Source: Vulcanimicrobiota bacterium
Lineage (GTDB): Bacteria > Vulcanimicrobiota > Vulcanimicrobiia > Vulcanimicrobiales > Vulcanimicrobiaceae
Direction of reading: 5' to 3'
DNA length: 64,000 nt
NCBI GenBank assembly: GCA_963733295.1
Contig: CAVTCS010000003.1
Span: forward strand, 2,400,001 to 2,464,000
The translations under genes and the position numbers were made by a program. Below, piece by piece: positions 1 to 8,517 of this stretch. Numbering within the stretch: the first letter of the stretch is position 1; every line of letters begins with the position of its first letter. The notes beneath the pieces are model-generated. The model was not told the DNA's origin. It did not search any database and was given only the letters and a program-made list of their open reading frames with translations.

Positions 1-561
1 ATCAGCATCGTGGTTCTGATCCTCATCGCGGCGCTCAATCTACGTCAGTTGCAGGGCGAGGGCACGGGCCGCATGGCCGGCGTCAAGACGAGCTTGATGC
101 CGCGCTCGCTGCGCGAGGGAACGAGCCCTTGGCTCGCGCTGCCGGTCGGGTTTCTCTTCGGCTTCGGCTTCGAAACGTCGAGCCAGATCGCGACCTACAC
201 GCTCGCGTTCGGTGCAAACGGCGGCGTCGCCGGCGCGGTGCTCGTGGGAGCGATGTTCTGCTTCGGGATGATCTTGACCGACACGCTCGACAGCGTCCTC
301 GTGCACCGTCTGGTCTCCGATCGATCGGGACTGCTCCCGTCGACGACGCGCGTGTGGATCTGGTCGGTGACGATCGTCGCGCTCGCGATCGCGGGCTACG
401 AGCTCGTGACGCAAATTCTCGGCTGGAAATCGCCGATTCCCGACCTCGCCGTAAGCGGCATCATCGTCGCCGCGCTGCTCGCCGTGTTCGCCTACGTCTT
501 CGTGAAGACGCGACGCACGCAAGACCTCCAGCCGGCAACCCAACCCGGTACGCTCTCGTAA
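1..561 (+). CDS. HoxN/HupN/NixA (NiCoT) family nickel/cobalt transporter, 5'-truncated by the window
   Basis: Multi-TM ORF with GFLFGFGFETSSQI (cf. NiCoT GxLFGLGFDTATE) and GMILTDTLDS motifs. Confidence 0.7.
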   Translation: MSIVVLILIAALNLRQLQGEGTGRMAGVKTSLMPRSLREGTSPWLALPVGFLFGFGFETSSQIATYTLAFGANGGVAGAVLVGAMFCFGMILTDTLDSVLVHRLVSDRSGLLPSTTRVWIWSVTIVALAIAGYELVTQILGWKSPIPDLAVSGIIVAALLAVFAYVFVKTRRTQDLQPATQPGTLS

Positions 562-574
562 GGAGAACCTCTCA

Positions 575-1411
575 ATGCGACTAAGACGAATATCTGGTTC
601 GCTTGCGGCGGTTGTCGCGCTCGCCGCCGCAGTCTTCCTCTACACCCTTCACCCGGCCAAGGGCTCGGATCATCAGGACACTTTTAACCTGGCGACGCGC
701 TCGAACACTTCGGCCGACATCACCGACACGTACGCCTTTCCGTCGCCCGCCAATTCGTCGAACGTCGTGCTGGTCATGGATACGACGCCGCTCATCCTGC
801 CGGGCGCAGGAGCAACGAAGTTCTTCGATCCATCGGTCGTCTGGCAGTTCAAGTTCGTCCACGGCGCCGTCGGAACGTTTAGCGGCGAGGATGAGGTCAT
901 CCAACTCTCCGTTAGCGGAACCGGTGCGGATCAGACGATTACCTTGCACGGCCCGGGCATTCCGAATCAGGTCGGTACGACCAACACGCTGCTGCCGGCA
1001 ATGGGCTCGTTTAAATACAATCAGACGAGCGGCACGATGCTCAAGGACGGCATCATGGCGTTCGCGGGACCGCGAGCCGATCCGTTCTTCTTCGACCTGT
1101 TGCAGTTCTTCTCGTTCCTTGGCGATCGCAACTACCACAACCACACGAGCCAAAGCGACCCTGGAACGGGCGATACTCTGACGGGCACTCCGACGTTCAA
1201 CGGATTCGCGGCGGGAACAATGTCGGGGCCTGGGCCCGGCGCTTACGCCTGCAGTACCAATCCACCCCAAAACGCCCTGACGCAGTTGATGCCGCCGGGC
1301 TTCAACGTTCTTGCGTTCGTACTCGAGGTTCCGCGCTCGCTCTTGACGACGGGTTACTCGAGTTCGGTCGTTCACATGTGGGCCACCGCCAGCTCTAAGT
1401 CGGGAAGCTAG
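575..1411 (+). CDS. DUF4331-family secreted protein (N-terminal half)
   Basis: Signal peptide, SDHQD, ADITDTYAF, FAGPRADPFFFDL, NVLAFVLEVP; AGGAG RBS. Confidence 0.75.
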   Translation: MRLRRISGSLAAVVALAAAVFLYTLHPAKGSDHQDTFNLATRSNTSADITDTYAFPSPANSSNVVLVMDTTPLILPGAGATKFFDPSVVWQFKFVHGAVGTFSGEDEVIQLSVSGTGADQTITLHGPGIPNQVGTTNTLLPAMGSFKYNQTSGTMLKDGIMAFAGPRADPFFFDLLQFFSFLGDRNYHNHTSQSDPGTGDTLTGTPTFNGFAAGTMSGPGPGAYACSTNPPQNALTQLMPPGFNVLAFVLEVPRSLLTTGYSSSVVHMWATASSKSGS

Positions 1412-1423
1412 GAGTCGATTACG

Positions 1424-2017
1424 ATGAAGAATCCGATCCTCAATGCGCTGGCACTTGGCGGCCTTGCGCTAAGCCTCTCGGCCTGCAACGGCACGTCCTC
1501 TTCGAACCAGCCGGTCATGCACGCGAGCTACATCCAATTCGAGCGGTTCGGGCGGCCGGCGGTCAAAGAACTGTTCGAGACCTACGTCAACCATCAAGTC
1601 ACGAACGGCGTCCAGCCGTACAACGATCCGACCCTGCAAGGCTCGATCGTTGCGTTTACCAACACGTTCCGAGCGTCGTCGTATGGTGCGGCGCTCGGCG
1701 GCGCAGCGGGGGGCACGGCCGGCGTGCTCTATCCCGACGAGCTCGCGTTCGACCTCTCGCAAACGACGCCCGCCTCGTACCTCGGTATCGAGACCGGCGG
1801 CGCAACCAGCCCCGTTGGCAGCAAGTTCGGCGGCCGGGCTCTCTCGGATGACATCATCGACATCTCGCTCGGTGCAGTCTTCGGGAACACGCTCTCGGCC
1901 CTCGGCGTCGTCGCGGACGACGGCAAAGAGAACAATTGCCTGAGCGCAGAGAACGTCGCGCAGTCATCGAGTCAAGCGCCGAGCGCTACCTTTCCGTACC
2001 TCGCAAGCCCCCACTAA
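1424..2017 (+). CDS. DUF4331-family lipoprotein (C-terminal half)
   Basis: Lipobox LSAC; ERFGRPAV, GGRALSDDIID, FPYLASPH; AGGAG RBS. Confidence 0.75.
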   Translation: MKNPILNALALGGLALSLSACNGTSSSNQPVMHASYIQFERFGRPAVKELFETYVNHQVTNGVQPYNDPTLQGSIVAFTNTFRASSYGAALGGAAGGTAGVLYPDELAFDLSQTTPASYLGIETGGATSPVGSKFGGRALSDDIIDISLGAVFGNTLSALGVVADDGKENNCLSAENVAQSSSQAPSATFPYLASPH

Positions 2018-2020
2018 GCG

Positions 2021-3352
2021 TTGGCTTTTCGTCTGGGGGCGCTCGGAATAACAATCCCCGCGGTAATCGCACTCGTTGCGATTGCCGCGTGGCCGTTTTT
2101 CGTGACGCGCAGCGCCGACGAGGCGCAAGCCTCGGCTTTGCCGACGATGGCTCCGGTCGTCGCGGACTACGCTCGGCGCGATTGGGAAATCCACGCCTGG
2201 GAGGGCGCGGCCGCGCTGCACCATCGCGGCGACATGCTAACTCCGGCTAGGCTAGCCGGCGAATATTTGCAGCGCTATCGCGAACGCGGGGACATCGGCG
2301 ACGTGCTGCGCGCGGAGCACGCCGCGAAAGCATCGTTACGGGTCGATGCACGTTACCTGCCCGGAATCATGGCGCTTTCGGCCGCGTATCTTACGCTCCA
2401 CCGTTTTTATTCGGCGCTCGAAACGCTCGCCAGGGCGGAGCGCATCGATTCGGGAGATCTCGCGCTCGAGGTCCAGGAAGCCGGCCTCGATTTGGAAGTT
2501 GGCCGCTACGCACGAGCGGAGCGCTTGCTCGACAAACACTCTTCCGGTAAGACCGAAGACATCGCTGCGGAGACCGTTCGCTCGCGCTATCTGGAGGAGA
2601 CGGGTCATCTCCGGGAGGCGCGCGCGTTGCTTCATCGTGCGAGCGCCTTGCAGAACAGTGCCTTCGACGCGCCGGCACAGACGCGCGCGTGGTTTTTTCT
2701 GCGTGAAGGCGAGATGGCGTTCGAAGCCGGCGACAACGACGCGGCGCTCGCCGACGAACGCGAAGCGCTCGCCGTCTTTCCTCTCTACGCCGACGCGGGT
2801 CGCGATCTCGCACGTTTCGAGTGCGCGCTGCACGAATGGAAAGGCTGTCTCACCGACGCGACGCGCTCGGCCGGCCTCGTGCCCTACCCTGAAACGCTCG
2901 GCTATGAGGCCGACGCCCAGCGCGCGCTCGGCGACGCGGCGGGCGCCGCGCAAACGGAAGATCTCATTCGGACCGTCGAACGCATCGGCAACGCCCAACA
3001 CATCTCCGACCGCCTGCTCGCGGTCTACTACTCGGAGCACGGCGTCGAATTCGACGACGCCTATCGCATCGCCAAGAACGAACGGCGCGCTCGCGACGAC
3101 ATTTATACGGAAGATACGCTCGCTTGGGCCGCCGCGATGGACGGCCGCTGGAACGAGGCCCGGGCCGCGGCCCGCAAGGCGCTCATCTTCGATACCGAGG
3201 ACGCTCGGCTTCAGTATCACGCCGCGGTCATAGCGCTGCACTTCGGCGATCGCCACGAGGCGCGGCGCCGCTTCGAACGCGCTCTCGCGCTAAATCCGCA
3301 CTTTCACCCCGTCTATGCCGAAAAGGCGCGTTCTCAGCTAGCGAGGCTTTGA
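2021..3352 (+). CDS. Tetratricopeptide repeat protein with N-terminal TM/signal
   Basis: Ala-rich helical repeats, DTLAWA and RALALNPHF TPR ends; typical DUF4331 neighbour. Confidence 0.75.
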   Translation: MAFRLGALGITIPAVIALVAIAAWPFFVTRSADEAQASALPTMAPVVADYARRDWEIHAWEGAAALHHRGDMLTPARLAGEYLQRYRERGDIGDVLRAEHAAKASLRVDARYLPGIMALSAAYLTLHRFYSALETLARAERIDSGDLALEVQEAGLDLEVGRYARAERLLDKHSSGKTEDIAAETVRSRYLEETGHLREARALLHRASALQNSAFDAPAQTRAWFFLREGEMAFEAGDNDAALADEREALAVFPLYADAGRDLARFECALHEWKGCLTDATRSAGLVPYPETLGYEADAQRALGDAAGAAQTEDLIRTVERIGNAQHISDRLLAVYYSEHGVEFDDAYRIAKNERRARDDIYTEDTLAWAAAMDGRWNEARAAARKALIFDTEDARLQYHAAVIALHFGDRHEARRRFERALALNPHFHPVYAEKARSQLARL

Positions 3353-3380
3353 GCCGGGGTCGGGCGTATTCTCACGGGTC

Positions 3381-4157
3381 ATGAAAATCGCTCGTTTGCT
3401 CGTCGGCGGTTTCGCGGTTGTCGCCCTCGTAGCGGTCGTGCTGCTGTACGACCGGACGCCGGCCCGCAGCTTCGACATTCAGGATTCGCCCGCGACCGTC
3501 AACCTTCCAGCGGCAGATATCACCGACATCTACATGTTCCCGAGCCCAACGAATATCAACAACGTCGTCGTGGTGATGGACGTCTTTCCGCTCATCCCTT
3601 CCGGCCAGGGTCTCAAGACGTTCTTCTCGCAGAGCGTCCTCTATACGATGAAGTTCGACAACCGTTACGCGGCAGAAGCAGTCAATAACCGCCCGGTCGA
3701 AAACCTCGTGATTCAAGTCTCGGTCGGGCCGCCGACCAACGGCACGCAGCAAATCTTTGTCTACGGTCCCGCGGTCGCGGCCCGCACGGGAACGACGACG
3801 ACGCTCGTCAACGGCGGCACCTTCAGCGGCACCGGTTTCATCAACCGGCCGTTCTCCTCGTCGGGCGGTGTATCGGTGTTTGCGGGAGCCCGACAGGATC
3901 CGTTCTTTTTCGACCTGCAACAGTTCTACAACATCTACCCCAATCGCAACATGGGGAGCACCGCGTCGAGTTGTCTGCCCGCACCGGCCGGCAACGGGAC
4001 GTGTCCGCAGGGTTTCAACAACCCGGGCGTCGACGCGTTTGCGAACACGAACGTCCTCGCGATCGTCATCGAGGTGCCGCGATCGTTCTTGCAACTCGGC
4101 GCTAACGGTCCGATCGTCGCCTATTGGGCAACGACCAGCACCGAGTCGGGGAACTAG
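3381..4157 (+). CDS. DUF4331-family secreted protein (N-half paralog)
   Basis: ADITDIYMFPSP, FAGARQDPFFFDL, NVLAIVIEVP; paralog of 575..1411. Confidence 0.75.
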   Translation: MKIARLLVGGFAVVALVAVVLLYDRTPARSFDIQDSPATVNLPAADITDIYMFPSPTNINNVVVVMDVFPLIPSGQGLKTFFSQSVLYTMKFDNRYAAEAVNNRPVENLVIQVSVGPPTNGTQQIFVYGPAVAARTGTTTTLVNGGTFSGTGFINRPFSSSGGVSVFAGARQDPFFFDLQQFYNIYPNRNMGSTASSCLPAPAGNGTCPQGFNNPGVDAFANTNVLAIVIEVPRSFLQLGANGPIVAYWATTSTESGN

Positions 4158-4158
4158 G

Positions 4159-4827
4159 ATGAAGCCTCTTTTTTCAATCCTGCTCGCCGCCGCGCTCTCG
4201 CTCGGATTCTTCAGCAGCTGCAGCAACAATCCGACGCTTAGCGGGTCGAGCACGAACGGCTCGAACCTCGTTTTCCACCAGCTGGACATGGTCGGGAACG
4301 CCGGCACGAACGAGTACTTCTCGCCGTGGGCCAATCACGATGCGAACAATCGCGCGACGCCGGTAAATAGCACGATCAATGCGGACGTGATGACCTTCAT
4401 CACCGGAACAGCGGGGCGCAGTGCGGGTATTGCCAACTACGCGGCCACGAATCTCGTCATACCCGACGTGCTACTGGCCGACTTCTCGCAAAGTGGCGAC
4501 GCCAGTTATCTCGGCGTTCAATCGCAAGGAGTGATCAACGATAACTGCTTGGGAACGCGCATGGGATCGGGCAAGTTCGGGGGACGCAGTTTGCTCGACG
4601 ACGCCGTGACGACGACGCTGAGCATAGCCTACGGGAACGTCGTGCCGGTCGTTTCCGCCGCGAACGCGGCGATCGGCTATCCGAACGTCACCGCCACGGC
4701 GGTGCCCGACGACGGGAAAGAGCAGAACGGTACGGGCGGGACGCCCCAGCTCGCGACCGACAACGTCACCTGCGTCAACAAGCACCTCAATCTCGGGCAA
4801 TTCCCGTACTTGGGAGCGCCGATCTAG
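4159..4827 (+). CDS. DUF4331-family lipoprotein (C-half paralog)
   Basis: Start MKPLFSILL just after the upstream stop; lipobox-like FSSC; SYLG, KFGGRSLLDD, FPYLGAP. Confidence 0.7.
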   Translation: MKPLFSILLAAALSLGFFSSCSNNPTLSGSSTNGSNLVFHQLDMVGNAGTNEYFSPWANHDANNRATPVNSTINADVMTFITGTAGRSAGIANYAATNLVIPDVLLADFSQSGDASYLGVQSQGVINDNCLGTRMGSGKFGGRSLLDDAVTTTLSIAYGNVVPVVSAANAAIGYPNVTATAVPDDGKEQNGTGGTPQLATDNVTCVNKHLNLGQFPYLGAPI

Positions 4828-4882
4828 CGACGGAAGGGTACGGTCCGGCGGCACCGTACTAGGCAAAGTTCGCCGCCGACGC

Positions 4883-4888
4883 TATACT
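4883..4888 (+). promoter_or_regulatory. Putative -10 box (TATACT) of the tRNA promoter
   Basis: TATACT 13 nt upstream of the tRNA 5' end. Confidence 0.45.
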
Positions 4889-4901
4889 TGACGGCGCGCC
4901 T

Positions 4902-4977
4902 GGGGATGTAGCTCAGCTGGTAGAGCACTTGCTTCGCATGTAAGGGGTCAGCGGTTCGAGTCCGCTCATCTCCACCA
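4902..4977 (+). tRNA. tRNA-Ala(CGC)
   Basis: 76-nt cloverleaf: acceptor GGGGATG/CATCTCC with G3-U70, anticodon stem CTTGC/GTAAG around TT-CGC-AT, GGTTCGAGTCC T-arm, encoded CCA. Confidence 0.97.
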
Positions 4978-4984
4978 GCATCCG

Positions 4985-5021
4985 ACCCGCATCGCTTAGG
5001 GCTTTGCGGGTTTTCTTCTTT
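4985..5021 (+). terminator. Putative intrinsic terminator after tRNA
   Basis: ACCCGCA...TGCGGGT stem followed by TTTCTTCTTT. Confidence 0.5.
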
Positions 5022-5036
5022 CCGGTGGCACTCGAT

Positions 5037-7733
5037 TCATCGAGTCAGAATCGCGGAATCGCGGCCGCGCTCGAGCCATTCCTTCGCCGACATATTCGCT
5101 TGGCTCCGAATGAGGTAGGCGATGAGTCCGGTCCACCCGGTCTGGTGGCTCGCGCCAAGCCCCGCGCCGTTGTCGCCGTGAAAGTACTCGTAGAACAGGA
5201 TATTGTCGCGCCAGTGCGGGTCATTCTGAAACTTATCCGTGCCTCCGAACACGGGGCGCTTGCCCTCGCTGTTTCGCAGAAAGATCGACGAAAGGCGGCT
5301 CTCTAGGTCCTGCGCCACCTCGAACAACGTTTTTTGTATGCCCGACCCGGTGGGGCACTCCACTTTGAAATCGTCGCCGTAGTAGCGGTAGAATTGCAGG
5401 AGCGCGCGGTAAAGAATGGCGTTCATCGGCATCCAAACCGGCCCACGCCAATTCGAATTTCCACCGAACATGCCGGTGTCCGATTCGGCCGGCAGGTATT
5501 GCACCCTATATTCTTGGCCGGCGACCTGCACCACATACGGATGATCGAGGTGGTAGCGCGATATCGAGCGTATGCCGTGCGGACTCCAAAACTCGCCTTC
5601 GTCGAGCAATCGAGATAGGAGCAAGCGCAGCTTTTTCTCATCGACGAGCGTGAGGATTCTGCTGCCGCCCCCGCCGGGTCGAGCGGCGTCGGGTAGGAGT
5701 TCGCGAATCTCGGGCTGATGCTGCATGCGCGCGCGAAAGCGCTCCAGCGCTTGCGGTACGCTCTCGAGAAAGGCCCGATCGAATACCATCACGGCCGCCA
5801 TGGGAAGCAGCCCCACGAGCGAGCGAACTTTCAGCCGGGCTCCGCGTCCGTCGGGCAAACGCAGCACGTCGTAGAAGAAACCGTCGCCGTCGTCCCACAT
5901 TGAATCCCTGTCTTCAGTCGTTCGCAAGACGGCAATTGCGATCCACATAAAGTGCTCGGCAAACTTGACGACCATGTCTTGGAAGGACGGATCCACTGAA
6001 GCCAACTCGGCTGCGATGTCGAGCATGCTGAGCGCAAAGAAGGCCATCCAAGCGGTACCGTCGGCCTGCTCGAGGGTGCCGCCGGTCGGTAGCGGCGCGC
6101 TGCGATCGAATATGCCGATATTATCGAGCCCGAGAAAACCGCCCCCGAAAACGTCTTTGCCCGAAGGGTCTTTGCGGTTCACCCACCAGGTGAAGTTCAG
6201 CAACAGTTTGTTGAACGACCGGGAAAGAAAACCCACGTCGCCCTTACCCCTGTTGGCCTTTTCCATGTCGTAGATCATCTTCACGGCGAAGGCATGCACC
6301 GGCGGATTGACGTCGCTGAAATTCCACTCGTACGCCGGCAGCTGTCCGTTTGGATGCGTATAGAGATCACTCAGGACGAGAGTGAGCTGGCTCTTCGCGA
6401 AATCGAGATCGACCAAAGCAAGCGGAAGCGTGTGGAACGCGAGATCCCAGGCTGCGTACCACGGATATTCCCATTTGTCGGGCATGGAGATCACGTCGTC
6501 GTTGATCATATGGTACCACTCGCGGTTTCGAGTGGTTCGACGGCCCTCGAGTCCCCGGATGCCGTCGGTGCCATGTTCGGAAAGCCATAAGTCGAGGTCG
6601 AAAAAGAAGAACTGTTTCGACCACAGCATCCCGGCCAGAGCTTGACGCGTGACCAGCGCTTGGTCGTCGCTCAGGCCCTTTGTGATCGCGGCATAGAAGT
6701 CGTCGGCTTCGGAAAGCCGTTGCGTGAAAATCTCGTCAAAGGTCTTGCCGAACGACTCGCCATTTGTATTAGCGTTACGATTGAGGCGTAAACGGATAAC
6801 TTTGCTCGCGCCCGGCGCCACTTCGAGGCCGTAGTCGGCGGCCACTTTCGTGCCCGTACCCGCTGGATTGACAGTCGGCTCGCCATGAACGACGTAGTCG
6901 TTGATACCGTCCTTCACGAACGGTTCCGCGTTCTCGCCATGAAACAGCCGCTCGTTGTTCGTTTCGTTCTCGGTGAAGAGCAGCGGGACGTCGGCGTCAC
7001 ACGAGAATCTGAACTGTCCTAAGCGTTCGTGCGTCGTAAGGACGGTGGCAGTCTCTGCATTGATTCTTCGGAGTTCGGGCTTGCCCATATGCGGCGGCCC
7101 GCGCCACGTGTTTCGAAACCAAAGCGTCGGCAGGACGCGTAGGTTCGCGGGAAGATCGCCGCGATTCACCGCGGTGATCTTAATCAGGATATCTTCCGGG
7201 CCGGCCTTCGCGTATTCAACAAATAGGTCAAAATAGCGATCCCCGTCGAAGGCGCCCGTGTCCAGCAACTCGTACTCAAAATCGGTTCGGCCCCGACGCT
7301 CGTTCGTCGCCTTCAGATCGGCGTAGGGGAATGCCGATTGGGGATATTTGTAGAGCATTTTCATATACGAATGAGTGGGCGTGCTGTCAAGGTAGAAGTA
7401 GTAGTCCTTGACGTCTTCGCCATGATTGCCCTCGGCGTTCGTCAATCCGAACATGCGCTCTTTGATAATTGGGTCGGCGCCGTTCCACAAAGCTACGCTA
7501 AAGCATAGAAACTGCTTGTCGTCAGAGAAGCCGGCGATGCCGTCTTCACCCCAGCGGTACGCTCGCGAGCGCGCCTGATCGTGGGAAAAATACGACCACG
7601 CGTTCCCGTCGTCGCTGTAGTCTTCGCGAACCGTGCCCCACTGACGCTCGCTAAGATATGGTCCCCACTTTTTCCATGGGATTTTCGCCAAACGAGCCTC
7701 TTCAAGTCTGTGATTTTCCGCCGTTATTGCCAT
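5037..7733 (-). CDS. GH63/MGH1-like glycoside hydrolase
   Basis: WGPYLSERQWGTVREDYS, MPDKWEYPWYAAWDLAFH, GGNSNWRGPVW, GASHQTGWT. Confidence 0.9.
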   Translation of the reverse strand: MAITAENHRLEEARLAKIPWKKWGPYLSERQWGTVREDYSDDGNAWSYFSHDQARSRAYRWGEDGIAGFSDDKQFLCFSVALWNGADPIIKERMFGLTNAEGNHGEDVKDYYFYLDSTPTHSYMKMLYKYPQSAFPYADLKATNERRGRTDFEYELLDTGAFDGDRYFDLFVEYAKAGPEDILIKITAVNRGDLPANLRVLPTLWFRNTWRGPPHMGKPELRRINAETATVLTTHERLGQFRFSCDADVPLLFTENETNNERLFHGENAEPFVKDGINDYVVHGEPTVNPAGTGTKVAADYGLEVAPGASKVIRLRLNRNANTNGESFGKTFDEIFTQRLSEADDFYAAITKGLSDDQALVTRQALAGMLWSKQFFFFDLDLWLSEHGTDGIRGLEGRRTTRNREWYHMINDDVISMPDKWEYPWYAAWDLAFHTLPLALVDLDFAKSQLTLVLSDLYTHPNGQLPAYEWNFSDVNPPVHAFAVKMIYDMEKANRGKGDVGFLSRSFNKLLLNFTWWVNRKDPSGKDVFGGGFLGLDNIGIFDRSAPLPTGGTLEQADGTAWMAFFALSMLDIAAELASVDPSFQDMVVKFAEHFMWIAIAVLRTTEDRDSMWDDGDGFFYDVLRLPDGRGARLKVRSLVGLLPMAAVMVFDRAFLESVPQALERFRARMQHQPEIRELLPDAARPGGGGSRILTLVDEKKLRLLLSRLLDEGEFWSPHGIRSISRYHLDHPYVVQVAGQEYRVQYLPAESDTGMFGGNSNWRGPVWMPMNAILYRALLQFYRYYGDDFKVECPTGSGIQKTLFEVAQDLESRLSSIFLRNSEGKRPVFGGTDKFQNDPHWRDNILFYEYFHGDNGAGLGASHQTGWTGLIAYLIRSQANMSAKEWLERGRDSAILTR

Positions 7734-7776
7734 ATTGGAGCACTCCTCAGATCCGTGTCCTCATACTCCCTCACGG

Positions 7777-7810
7777 GGTTCGAGTCTCATCTTCACCATC
7801 ATCTGACTCG
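7777..7810 (+). repeat. Degenerate copy of the tRNA-Ala 3' end and trailer (att-like)
   Basis: GGTTCGAGT---CTCATCTTCACCATCATCTGACTCG vs 4953..4989 GGTTCGAGTCCGCTCATCTCCACCAGCATCCGACCCG (3-nt gap, 4 mismatches). Confidence 0.7.
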
Positions 7811-7858
7811 GGTGGGCGTGCGACAGACTCACTGCGCAACGAGCGGCGCCACGAGTTG

Positions 7859-8266
7859 CTACCACGCGTGCGTGAGGATGAGCGCCGCCGCGCCGATCGC
7901 AACGAGATCCTCGAGGATTCCCGACGGGATGGCGCCGATCGCTGCGATAGCTTTCGTGCGAAGCGCGAGGCCGCCGTAGGCGCCCGCGACGGCGCCCGCG
8001 ACACCGGCAACGGCCCCGATGGCGGATCCCGAAATCTGCCAGCCGCAAAAGCCGCCGCTTAGGATTCGCGCGCTAAGTCCGACCGCTCCCGTGCGAGCCG
8101 GAGTCTTCGGAAGAAGGTCGCCCGCGTACTCCACGATCGCGAGAATCGCGAGCACGACTGCCCAAACTCCGCCGTGGCGCACGATCCAAAGTACCGCGGG
8201 AGCCGTAAACGTCCGCAACCCTGCAACGACGCCGAGAAGAAATGCCGCGAGAATCAGCATAAGCAT
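7859..8266 (-). CDS. DUF4126-like small membrane protein
   Basis: GVVAGLRTFTAPA, EYAGDLLPKTPART, LEDLVAI. Confidence 0.7.
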   Translation of the reverse strand: MLMLILAAFLLGVVAGLRTFTAPAVLWIVRHGGVWAVVLAILAIVEYAGDLLPKTPARTGAVGLSARILSGGFCGWQISGSAIGAVAGVAGAVAGAYGGLALRTKAIAAIGAIPSGILEDLVAIGAAALILTHAW

Positions 8267-8517
8267 GCGTACGTTTTTCCAAGTTGCTGGGCCTGTCCCC
8301 TCAACCGAACGACGTTCGTTCCGTTGCGAACAATGGATTCACGTGAGCCTTAGCTCTCCCGAGCCTGCAGCTCGAACGAGTGAGGTTTCGAAATAGCCCA
8401 ACGGGTGACGAAGCGACCGACCGCACCTCGTACGGCATTCCTGGCTTAGACGCGAGCGCTATTCCCGCCAGCAGTCGCCGCGGCAAATGGCTGTAACAAA
8501 CCTGGCTTCCATCGATA

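Noticed and set aside
4838..4859. GTACGGT/ACCGTAC hairpin after the DUF4331 cluster
   Set aside because: No U-tract; cannot be supported as a terminator
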